Below, in pieces: positions 29,733-37,781 of a stretch of DNA of 43,132 nucleotides. The DNA is from an uncultured Pseudomonadota bacterium. GTDB lineage: Bacteria; BMS3Abin14. Each line of letters begins with the position of its first letter. Position 1 is the stretch's first letter. The notes below the pieces were generated by a model. That model was not told the DNA's origin. It was given only the letters and a program-made list of their open reading frames with translations, and did not search any database. The stretch is from positions 1-43,132 of the forward strand of contig CAYVSA010000002.1 of assembly GCA_964454175.1 (NCBI GenBank), in the 5' to 3' direction. A program made the translations under genes and the position numbers.

Positions 29733-30388
29733 CTCTGACGACCCTGTTTGCAACTGCATTCGTAGTTGCACTTTCAGGAGCCCTCATGCCGGGGCCGCTT
29801 CTGGCGGTGACGCTGGGCCACTCTCCTGCCTACGGATGGAAATTCGGCCCCATGGCGATCGTAGGGCATGGACTTCTGGAACTGGGGCTCATTTCCCTTG
29901 TTTTCCTGGGCGCTGGGCCCGTGCTGAAGGCCGCCAGTGTTCAGGGCTGGGTCGGCCTGGCTGGAGGGCTGATCCTCCTGTGGATGGGAAAAGGCATGGT
30001 GAGAGTATTAAGAGCAGGCGGCCGGGCCGCTGAAACAGGAGTAATTACAGGCAGGGGCGACAGAGCTGTCTTTCTAGGGGTAATCATGAGCGTTTCCAAT
30101 CCCTACTGGACCCTCTGGTGGGCAACGGTGGGTCTGGCTTATCTTACCGTGGCAGCCAGGAGCGGACCCATCGGCATCGCGGTTTTTTTCGCTGGCCACA
30201 TATCCGGCGACCTGGCCTGGTACACCCTGGTCTCCTTCGCAGCATCAAGGGGTGTAAAAGTGTCAGGCTCCAGATCCTACATGGCCCTGATGGCGGTATG
30301 TGCCCTGATCCTCGTGATCCTCGGGCTGTGGTTCTCTTACTACGGGGCAAGCATTCTCTTCAAGCTGGGCAGTGGGCTGGCAACTTGA
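29729..30388 (+). CDS. LysE-family translocator
   Basis: SGALMPGPL, GHGLLE, SNPYWTLWWATVG, six hydrophobic segments; TTG start overlapping the nfo stop (TTGA). Confidence 0.88.
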   Translation: MTLTTLFATAFVVALSGALMPGPLLAVTLGHSPAYGWKFGPMAIVGHGLLELGLISLVFLGAGPVLKAASVQGWVGLAGGLILLWMGKGMVRVLRAGGRAAETGVITGRGDRAVFLGVIMSVSNPYWTLWWATVGLAYLTVAARSGPIGIAVFFAGHISGDLAWYTLVSFAASRGVKVSGSRSYMALMAVCALILVILGLWFSYYGASILFKLGSGLAT

Positions 30389-30410
30389 AACCTGGAACTG
30401 CAACCTGTGT

Positions 30411-30620
30411 CATTTTTTTATCTGAAAACAATTAAATCGAAAATAATTATTAATAATCTGTTTGAATTAATGTATAAATTAATTTTATTTTTTCCCTTTG
30501 TTTGCAGTGCATTGTGCCGCTCAAATAAAATTAATATATATTAAAATAATATTTAATTAATTACTGGATTTTATTTTTTTTAATGTATAATCATAATTGT
30601 TTTCTCAATTTATTTTTCTG
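30411..30620. promoter_or_regulatory. very AT-rich promoter region with inverted and direct repeats
   Basis: 36 G/C in 210 nt (~17% GC, hand count); 13-bp perfect inverted repeat 30478-30490/30523-30535; TTAATGTATAA twice (30467, 30580); TATAAT at 30586. Confidence 0.75.
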
Positions 30621-30633
30621 AAAGGAGAGTCCA

Positions 30634-31140
30634 GTGGAACGAGAAGAGATGGAGAAAATCAAAGCCGTTCTGGAAGATGCCAGGAAAAAACTGGTTGATG
30701 TTGTGAAAAAGGGCAAGGGGGAGGCTGACAGGGTAACAAAACTGGCGCAGCTCAAGATTGAGATCGGATCCATGAACAGACAGAAAAAAGACCTCTATGA
30801 GGATCTGGGCGAAATGTTCTACAAGAACTTCAAGAAGCCGACAGATAAAGGCCAGGCAGAGGTTGCCGAGATTGTAACGCATATCGGCGGACTTGAAACC
30901 CGGATCGGGTCTTTAAAACGCGAGTTAAAAGCAGCGGGCGAGCAGGCTAAAGAGCCAGGGAGCCGCAGGGGAAGACCCCCTAAGGCCAAGGCTGGCGGAG
31001 ACACTCCAAAGAGACGGGGCAGGCCGCCAAAGGCAAAGGCCGCCGGTACAGCTCCCAAAAAGCGGGGCAGGCCGCCAAAGGCAAAGGCCGCCGGTGCAGC
31101 TCCCAAGAGACGGGGCAGGCCGCCAAAGACAGCTGGTTAG
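30634..31140 (+). CDS. coiled-coil protein with four C-terminal AT-hooks (putative nucleoid-associated protein)
   Basis: GTG start with AGGAG RBS; helical N-terminal ~100 aa; [RK]RGRPPK x4 with 16-aa period. Confidence 0.85.
   Translation: MEREEMEKIKAVLEDARKKLVDVVKKGKGEADRVTKLAQLKIEIGSMNRQKKDLYEDLGEMFYKNFKKPTDKGQAEVAEIVTHIGGLETRIGSLKRELKAAGEQAKEPGSRRGRPPKAKAGGDTPKRRGRPPKAKAAGTAPKKRGRPPKAKAAGAAPKRRGRPPKTAG
30964..31128 (+). repeat. 48-bp coding tandem repeat (AT-hook units)
   Basis: hooks start at 30964, 31012, 31060 and 31108; CGGGGCAGGCCGCCAAAG is identical in the last three. Confidence 0.9.
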
Positions 31141-31199
31141 CAATCACTGAAATGTCCGTTTAATTCCGGAATGCGGGTGTGGTATCATCCCGTCGTCAG

Positions 31200-31274
31200 G
31201 GGCGATTAACTCAGCGGGAGAGTGCTGCCTTCACACGGCAGAAGTCACTGGTTCAAATCCAGTATCGCCCACCA
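31200..31274 (+). tRNA. tRNA-Val (anticodon CAC)
   Basis: GGGCGAT/ATCGCCC acceptor stem, CTGCC-TT-CAC-AC-GGCAG, ACTGG-TTCAAAT-CCAGT, encoded CCA; TGGTATCAT extended -10 at 31180. Confidence 0.96.
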
Positions 31275-31278
31275 TAAT

Positions 31279-31312
31279 AAAAAAAGGGCTGCCTGTGCAG
31301 CCCTTGTTGTTG
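31279..31312. terminator. probable bidirectional terminator after tRNA-Val
   Basis: A-tract, AAGGGCTGC-CTGT-GCAGCCCTT, then GTTGTTG. Confidence 0.75.
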
Positions 31313-31320
31313 TGTCAATA

Positions 31321-31445
31321 AAGTCGTAAAAAGTCCATCCGTGGCTTTTTACTCATCGGGAAGTGAAAAGCGTGGTTTTCTCTTTCCTCTCGGATCTCAA
31401 ACTTGCGCTGCAAGTTTCTGATTCGGGCGCCCCTTATGGGCGCGT
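31321..31445. repeat. multi-hairpin intergenic element (REP/MITE-like or ncRNA)
   Basis: four consecutive hairpins: 31326-31352, 31359-31387, 31391-31425, 31427-31443. Confidence 0.5.
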
Positions 31446-31484
31446 TAACCGGATCATAAAAGTCAATTATTAATCAACGGCAGG

Positions 31485-31880
31485 TCAGCTTTGCAGTTTG
31501 GGAGTTGGTATCTTGAAATATTCAACACCCTCTTCGTTAAGTTCGGATTCTTCCTCCGATGTCATGGAACCGTGGATGTTCCTCACGTCCGTTTCGCCAA
31601 AGTGCATTTTAACGGCCTCTTCAGCAAAATTGGGCCCAACGTTGTCAAAATTCTTTTCGAGGTAATCCGCCATCGTCTGGTAAAAGGAAGCGCGATTTTC
31701 AACGGGCGCCTTTCTGCCTTTGGAGTAGAAGCCTCCACTGGGCTGGATGACAATATCGCTGTCTGCGCAGAACGGGCACGCCAGACGGCCGGAAACCTTT
31801 TCCGATTCGAATTCGGACCTGTCCCCGAACCATCCCTCGAATGTGTGCCCGTTGGTGCATTTTAGGTCAAAAACTATCAT
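31485..31880 (-). CDS. DUF1178 family protein
   Basis: MIVFDLKC..GHTFEGWF, CPFC, NVGPNFAEEA.KMHFGE, RNIHG, L.EEG; start ATG 31880 with AGGAG. Confidence 0.88.
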   Translation of the reverse strand: MIVFDLKCTNGHTFEGWFGDRSEFESEKVSGRLACPFCADSDIVIQPSGGFYSKGRKAPVENRASFYQTMADYLEKNFDNVGPNFAEEAVKMHFGETDVRNIHGSMTSEEESELNEEGVEYFKIPTPKLQS

Positions 31881-32170
31881 GGCCTGTCTCCTGTATATCA
31901 AATTAAACAAATAATTACTCGTGTCAATCCCTTCTTCAAAAGTCTTCTGACTGGTCAAATCGTTTTTAACGTTTCGTGCTCTGGTCAGGGCTGTGACGCT
32001 GCCAGGTTAAAAGACGGGCTTGATGTTGCAGAAAACGGGCAGCAGTGTGAGAGCAGATAGCCGAAAAGAGGGGCACGCAGGCAAAACGTCTGAAGTAGGC
32101 ATTCGGGTTGTAAAGGTTCTCTGAATGGTTATTCTTATTGCGTAAGTTTAATGATACCGGAGGAAATGAT

Positions 32171-34765
32171 ATGGCGATAAATTTCGAAAAGTTGACTATA
32201 AAAGCTGCCGAGGCGCTTCAGGAGGCCCAGAGGGAGGCCGAGGTCAGGGGACACCAGCAGATCGAGCCCGAACACCTTTTATTTGCACTGACGGGGCAAA
32301 AAGACGGTGTTGTTACTCCCATAATGGATAAGGTTGGTGCTGCGCCTGAGGAGGTCCGCACCGAGCTTGAAGATGAACTGGATCGTCTGCCCAGGGTTAC
32401 CGGGCTTAAGCAGGCCTACCTGAGTCCTGACCTTAACGGACTCTTCAACACTGCCCTCATAGAGGCGGAGGGACTCAAAGATGAATTCATCAGTACGGAA
32501 CACTTATTCCTGGCGATCCTCTCGCTGGGTTCGGGCAAGGCGGCCGGTATTCTGAGCAGACATAATCTGACAAGGGAGAAGGTGCTGGAGGCCTTGAAAA
32601 GTATCCGCGGCAGCCACAGGGTCACAGACCAGAACCCGGAAGAGAAATACCAGGCCCTGATGAAGTACGGCAGGGACCTGACTGACCTGGCAGCTAAAGG
32701 TAAAGTGGATCCGGTGATCGGGCGAGACGATGAGATAAGGCGGGTGGTCCAGGTTCTTTCGAGGAGGACGAAGAACAACCCTGTTCTCATCGGTGAACCC
32801 GGCGTAGGCAAGACTGCCATAGCCGAGGGGCTGGCCCAGAGGATAGCGTCAGGGGATGTACCAGACGGATTACTGAAAAAAAAGATAATCGCGCTGGATA
32901 TGGGCGCACTGGTTGCTGGTGCCAAATTCAGAGGGCAATTCGAGGAGCGGCTGAGGGCCGTGCTCAGTGAGGTGCAGGAGGCGGCAGGGGAGATCATCCT
33001 GTTCATTGACGAGCTTCACAACCTGGTTGGCGCCGGCCGGGCGGAAGGTTCCATGGATGCATCAAACATGCTCAAGCCCGCCCTTGCGCGCGGTGAGCTC
33101 AAGTGCGTCGGGGCTACAACACTTGACGAGTACAGGATGCACATAGAAAAGGATGCCGCCCTGGAGCGGCGCTTCCAGCCCGTCATGGTGCTGGAGCCAT
33201 CCGTAGAGGACACTATAGCGATACTAAGAGGCTTAAAGGAACGTTACGAGGTTCACCATGGAGTACGGATCACTGATTCGGCCATTGTAGCGGCGGCCAC
33301 CCTGTCACACCGGTATATTTCCGACAGGTTCCTGCCGGATAAAGCCATCGATCTGGTCGACGAAGCTGCATCAAGGCTTCGCATTGAGATCGACAGCCTT
33401 CCACAGGAGATCGACGAGATCGAGAGAAGGATCATTCAGCTTCAGATCGAGAAAGAGGCTCTGAAGAAGGAAAGTGACAATGCTTCGCTTAAGAGACTTC
33501 AGAAAATAGATGCTGAACTTGGGGAACTCTCTGAAAAGAGCGGTGCCATGAAAGCCCATTGGCAGCAGGAAAAGGGTGCGATCCAGAGCCTGCGCGATTT
33601 CAAGGAGGAGTTGGAAATAGTTCGCTTCGAGACCAATAAGGCCGAAAAAGAAGGCAGACTGGAAGAAGCGGCTGAGCTCAGGTACGGGAAGCTTCCGGAA
33701 CTGGAACAGAAGATCGCCGATGCGAGCGGGAAGCTGGAAAGGCTGCAGTCTGACCAGCACATGCTCAGAGAAGAGGTGGAGGCAGAAGATATTGCCCTCA
33801 TTGTTTCCAAATGGACGGGCGTTCCCGTTAACAATCTCATGGAGGGCGAAGTTGAAAAACTCCTCAAGATGGAGGAGAGGATATCCGAAAGAATAATAGG
33901 TCAGGACATGGCAGTGCAGGCCGTTTCCAACGCTGTCAGGAGGGCAAGGGCTGGTCTCCAGGACCCTGACCGTCCCATTGGTTCATTTATATTTCTCGGC
34001 CCCACCGGCGTAGGCAAGACCGAGCTTGCCAAGGCTCTGGCCCATTTCCTCTTCGACGATGAAGAGGCGATGGTCAGGGTGGACATGTCCGAGTTTATGG
34101 AAAAACATGCGGTTGCCCGTCTGATCGGGGCCCCTCCCGGATATGTTGGGTACGAGGAGGGTGGAGTCCTTACCGAGGCGATCAGGCGCAGGCCCTACAG
34201 CGTGGTACTTTTCGATGAGATCGAGAAGGCCCATCCCGAGGTTTTCAACGTCCTGCTTCAGCTGCTCGATGACGGCAGGCTGACGGATGGCCATGGCAGA
34301 ACCGTTGATTTTAAAAATACAGTTGTGATCATGACCTCCAATGTGGGGTCAAGCCATATTGCCGAAATGAGCGGAGCGGGGGAAAAGGAAAGGCAGGACC
34401 TCGTCACCGAGGCGCTGAGGGCCAGTTTCCGCCCGGAATTCCTGAACAGGATCGACGACGTAATAATATTCAACTCCCTTAACCACGAGGAGATCAGGCA
34501 GATAGTGGAGATACAGCTCAAAAAACTGATTTTTCTCCTGCGCGAAAAGGGCATAAACCTCAGTACGACTGAGGCTGCCCTCGACCTGCTTGCGTCAGAG
34601 GGGTACGATCCTATCTACGGGGCGAGACCCCTGAAAAGGATCATTCAGAAACAGGTCCAGGACCCACTGGCCATGGAGGTACTATCGGGCAGTTACGGCG
34701 AGGGCGATACTGTACAGGCCGATGTGATAGATGGGAAGATCGTGTTCGAGAAAGCAGAGCATTAG
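32171..34765 (+). CDS. clpB: ATP-dependent chaperone ClpB
   Basis: two AAA+ domains ([16 protein letters not shown]), long M-domain coiled coil, GARPLKR; ATG 32171 with GGAGG. Confidence 0.97.
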   Translation: MAINFEKLTIKAAEALQEAQREAEVRGHQQIEPEHLLFALTGQKDGVVTPIMDKVGAAPEEVRTELEDELDRLPRVTGLKQAYLSPDLNGLFNTALIEAEGLKDEFISTEHLFLAILSLGSGKAAGILSRHNLTREKVLEALKSIRGSHRVTDQNPEEKYQALMKYGRDLTDLAAKGKVDPVIGRDDEIRRVVQVLSRRTKNNPVLIGEPGVGKTAIAEGLAQRIASGDVPDGLLKKKIIALDMGALVAGAKFRGQFEERLRAVLSEVQEAAGEIILFIDELHNLVGAGRAEGSMDASNMLKPALARGELKCVGATTLDEYRMHIEKDAALERRFQPVMVLEPSVEDTIAILRGLKERYEVHHGVRITDSAIVAAATLSHRYISDRFLPDKAIDLVDEAASRLRIEIDSLPQEIDEIERRIIQLQIEKEALKKESDNASLKRLQKIDAELGELSEKSGAMKAHWQQEKGAIQSLRDFKEELEIVRFETNKAEKEGRLEEAAELRYGKLPELEQKIADASGKLERLQSDQHMLREEVEAEDIALIVSKWTGVPVNNLMEGEVEKLLKMEERISERIIGQDMAVQAVSNAVRRARAGLQDPDRPIGSFIFLGPTGVGKTELAKALAHFLFDDEEAMVRVDMSEFMEKHAVARLIGAPPGYVGYEEGGVLTEAIRRRPYSVVLFDEIEKAHPEVFNVLLQLLDDGRLTDGHGRTVDFKNTVVIMTSNVGSSHIAEMSGAGEKERQDLVTEALRASFRPEFLNRIDDVIIFNSLNHEEIRQIVEIQLKKLIFLLREKGINLSTTEAALDLLASEGYDPIYGARPLKRIIQKQVQDPLAMEVLSGSYGEGDTVQADVIDGKIVFEKAEH

Positions 34766-34857
34766 ATATTGGAAAATAACGTATACACTAATAAGGGGAT
34801 ATATATCGAAGTATCATAATGCAAGATCTACCTGAAACCAGAAACCCGACCTAAACA

Positions 34858-36573
34858 CTAATCCTGTTTCATCGGGATAGTGAAGTGGAATGTCGAGCCT
34901 TTGCCGGGTAGGCTGTCGAGCCATATTTTACCCCCGTGCAGTTCCACCATGGATTTGGAAATAAACAAGCCCAGGCCGGCTCCATGGTAGGGCCTCGATG
35001 GACCCTGGTCCACCTGAAAAAACTGTTCGAAGATACGCTGATGTGCTTCCTCCGGAACACCGATCCCCTCGTCAGACACGCTCACCTGGAGCAGGTCACT
35101 GTGGTCAGTCTCCCGCCTGCCGGAAATTGGCTTGATCTCTATCCTCACCGGGGACCCGGGTTGGGAGAATTTTATCGCGTTTGAGACAATGTTGGTCATG
35201 ATCTGCAGAAGCTTGTCCCGGTCAGCCTCGATCTTCGGGAGGTTTTCTGGAAGGCTGATCTGTAAGTTGGGCTCGACGTTTGTAACATGCCTGGTGGAAA
35301 ACTTGACATCGTTAAGTATCTCTCTCATATCTATGGACTTGAACCTGAAGGCGATCTTCCCCTCTTCGAGCCTGCCGGTGTCCAATATGTCGTTTATCAG
35401 GTTGAGAAGGTCTTTGCCCTTCCGGTAGATCTGCAGCGCATACTCTTTCTGCTCGGCTGAAAGAGGGCCGACCTGTTCTTCAGCCATCAGCTCTGAAAAC
35501 CCGATAATGGAAGTCAGGGGCGTTCTCAGTTCATGGGACACTGTTGCAACAAAGTCGGATTTTATGTTGTTCATATACTGAAGCTCTTCATTGGCGCGCT
35601 GAAGCTGTTCATTCAACCTCATGTATTTGCTGGTCTTTTGCTCCAGCATCCTGTAGAGGGTAGCGTTTTTGATAGCGTTGGAACTGGCACCTGCTATCAC
35701 TCTTGCAATGGCGATCTCTTCTTCTGTAAAACTCTTGCCTGGCCGAGTGGATCTCATCAGCAGGGCACCCATTATTTCGCCGCGGAAGGTCAGCGGGACG
35801 GCGATGATAGACTTCAATCCAAGGTGCTCAAATTTTTCCCTGACGCCCTCCATGATGGGATCGGTGCGAATGTCCTCTACAAGGACCAGCTCCCCGGTAC
35901 GGAAGGACTTTATGATCTCGGGGTATTTGATCAGATCAAGAGGGATCTCCGCGAGGTTAGGATCGTCGTCGGAAACGAGAACCCGGCCTTTTAATATCTC
36001 CTTTTCTTCGCCCCATTTGCCCTCGATGGCGATAATGGAGCATCGCTCGGCCTTAAGGGATTTGGCGGTGCGGTCCACAAGGATGTAAAGCACCTGTTTA
36101 ATGTCAAGGGAGGAGGTCGTCGTCTCCAGGACTTCATAGGCCAGGCGGAACTTTTTGGACCGGTCTGTGAGCTTGTCAAGGAAGAATTTCTGTTCCAGGT
36201 TTACCCTTGCCCTTGCAAGAACCTCGATGGGTGAGAAGGGCTTTGTGATGTAATCCGTGGCTCCGGACTTGAGCCCTTTAATTACATCTTCTTTCTTGTC
36301 GAGGGATGTGATCATAAGGATGGGGATGGTTGCCAGTTCCGGGGTTTTTCGGGCGGTCTGGCAGACTTCATAGCCAGATAGGCGCGGGAGCACGACGTCC
36401 AGCAGGACGAGGTCCGGTTTCTCGGACAGCATCAACTCAAGGCCAACGTGTCCGTCTTCAGCCTGAACCGTCTTGTATCCTTCGTTGTCAAAGATGTTTG
36501 ACAGGATATTTTTGGAAATGGGGTCATCCTCAACAATGAGAACGACTCCCTTCCTGGAGGCAAATTTCGACAT
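34858..36573 (-). CDS. cytoplasmic hybrid sensor histidine kinase (REC-GAF-HisKA-HATPase)
   Basis: IVEDD/LLDVVLP/ITKP receiver; GAF; SHELRTPLTSI; NAIKF, DEGIG, GAGLGL, GKGSTF. Confidence 0.92.
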   Translation of the reverse strand: MSKFASRKGVVLIVEDDPISKNILSNIFDNEGYKTVQAEDGHVGLELMLSEKPDLVLLDVVLPRLSGYEVCQTARKTPELATIPILMITSLDKKEDVIKGLKSGATDYITKPFSPIEVLARARVNLEQKFFLDKLTDRSKKFRLAYEVLETTTSSLDIKQVLYILVDRTAKSLKAERCSIIAIEGKWGEEKEILKGRVLVSDDDPNLAEIPLDLIKYPEIIKSFRTGELVLVEDIRTDPIMEGVREKFEHLGLKSIIAVPLTFRGEIMGALLMRSTRPGKSFTEEEIAIARVIAGASSNAIKNATLYRMLEQKTSKYMRLNEQLQRANEELQYMNNIKSDFVATVSHELRTPLTSIIGFSELMAEEQVGPLSAEQKEYALQIYRKGKDLLNLINDILDTGRLEEGKIAFRFKSIDMREILNDVKFSTRHVTNVEPNLQISLPENLPKIEADRDKLLQIMTNIVSNAIKFSQPGSPVRIEIKPISGRRETDHSDLLQVSVSDEGIGVPEEAHQRIFEQFFQVDQGPSRPYHGAGLGLFISKSMVELHGGKIWLDSLPGKGSTFHFTIPMKQD

Positions 36574-36636
36574 CGGTTAGCTTCGCAACCCTCTGTGTAA
36601 AGTGAAAAGTGCCACTTATCGGTTTAGCTTATCAAG

Positions 36637-36665
36637 ATAGTATGAAATGGCAGGACACTTGTCAA
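36637..36665 (-). promoter_or_regulatory. sigma70 promoter of the hybrid kinase
   Basis: minus strand TTGACA-N17-TACTAT. Confidence 0.65.
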
Positions 36666-36692
36666 GATAAAGGGAATCAGGTTAAAAAGAGT

Positions 36693-36720
36693 TTGACTTG
36701 GAATTTCGGGTGTTTATAAT
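36693..36720 (+). promoter_or_regulatory. sigma70 promoter of gap-pgk
   Basis: TTGACT-N16-TATAAT, 55 nt upstream of the gap ATG. Confidence 0.7.
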
Positions 36721-36775
36721 CAACCCGTCGTCTGTGAACCAATCAAAAATCAGTTCTCTAAAAAGGAGGGTGGAC

Positions 36776-37780
36776 ATGGCCATCAGAGTGGGGATAAACG
36801 GATTCGGCAGAATTGGACGGCTGGTAGTAAGAAACGCGGTAGACGACCCGGCTGTTGAGTTTGTAGCTATTAACGACCTGACTGACGCAAAAACCCTCGC
36901 TTTTCTGCTGTGTCACGACTCGGTCCACGGATGCCTGAAAGTTGAGCCGGAGGTGACAGGTAAAGGTATAGTGCTGTCCGGCAGAGAGATAAAGGTTCTT
37001 TCTGAAAAGGACCCTTCCAGACTTCCCTGGAAGGAACTGGGGGTCGACGTAGTGCTTGAGTGCACCGGTCTCTTCAGGGCCAGGGATGATGCTGCCAGGC
37101 ATCTGGAAGCCGGCGCGAAGCACGTAATTATTTCAGCACCGGGGAAAAACCCGGATATTACAGTTGTGTACGGTGTCAATCACGAAGACCTCGATCCCGA
37201 AAAACACAAGATCATATCAAACGCCTCCTGCACGACAAATTGCCTGGCTCCCGTAGCCAGGGTCCTGGACGACGAGTTCGGTATCCTTCACGGTGTTATG
37301 ACGACTATCCACGCCTACACCAACGACCAGAGGATACTTGATCTGCCGCACTCTGACCTGAGGAGAGCAAGGGCAGCTGCACTTTCCATGATCCCCACAA
37401 CTACAGGTGCTGCGGCCGCCGTCGGGGAAGTTCTTCCCCAGCTCAAGGGAAAGCTGGACGGCATTGCGGTAAGGGTCCCGACACCCAATGTGTCCCTTGT
37501 CGACCTCACGGTTGAACTGGCTGCACAAAGTGATGCTGATTCTATCAACTCAGCGATGCAAAAGGCTGCATCACAAGGGCCCCTTGCCGGGGTTCTGGCA
37601 TATAGTGATGAGCCCCTTGTGTCGATAGATTTTAACGGGAACGTGAACTCATCCATATTTGATGCGCCCATGACGAAAATGGTAGACCATCGAATGGCCA
37701 AGGTACTGTCGTGGTACGATAACGAAACTGGCTATTCTTCCAGACTGCTGGATGTGGCGAAATATCTCTACGGAGCCTGA
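36776..37780 (+). CDS. gap: type I glyceraldehyde-3-phosphate dehydrogenase
   Basis: INGFGRIGR, SNASCTTNC, TTTGAA, RVPTPNVS, WYDNE; ATG 36776 with AAGGAGG. Confidence 0.98.
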   Translation: MAIRVGINGFGRIGRLVVRNAVDDPAVEFVAINDLTDAKTLAFLLCHDSVHGCLKVEPEVTGKGIVLSGREIKVLSEKDPSRLPWKELGVDVVLECTGLFRARDDAARHLEAGAKHVIISAPGKNPDITVVYGVNHEDLDPEKHKIISNASCTTNCLAPVARVLDDEFGILHGVMTTIHAYTNDQRILDLPHSDLRRARAAALSMIPTTTGAAAAVGEVLPQLKGKLDGIAVRVPTPNVSLVDLTVELAAQSDADSINSAMQKAASQGPLAGVLAYSDEPLVSIDFNGNVNSSIFDAPMTKMVDHRMAKVLSWYDNETGYSSRLLDVAKYLYGA

Positions 37781-37781
37781 C

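Noticed and set aside
30500-30521. sigma54 promoter on the minus strand (CGGCAC...TGC)
   Set aside because: GG-to-GC spacing is 11 nt rather than the required 10.
30460-30600. TAATGTATA as a dif site (xerC is in the window)
   Set aside because: Resembles only the centre of dif; the XerD arm TTATGTTAAA is missing at both copies.
30411-30620. AT-rich block as a replication origin (oriC/DUE)
   Set aside because: No DnaA boxes (TTATCCACA-like) in or beside it and no dnaA, dnaN or gidA nearby.
30964-31128. CRISPR-like array
   Set aside because: An in-frame 48-bp coding repeat with no unique spacers and no cas genes.
27866-31274. genomic island bounded by the two tRNAs
   Set aside because: No duplicated tRNA 3' end and no integrase; the enclosed genes look native apart from the AT-rich promoter.
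31960-32170. CIRCE operator upstream of clpB (also GAGTGCTA at 41471)
   Set aside because: No TTAGCACTC-N9-GAGTGCTAA upstream of clpB; 41471 is a half-site only.
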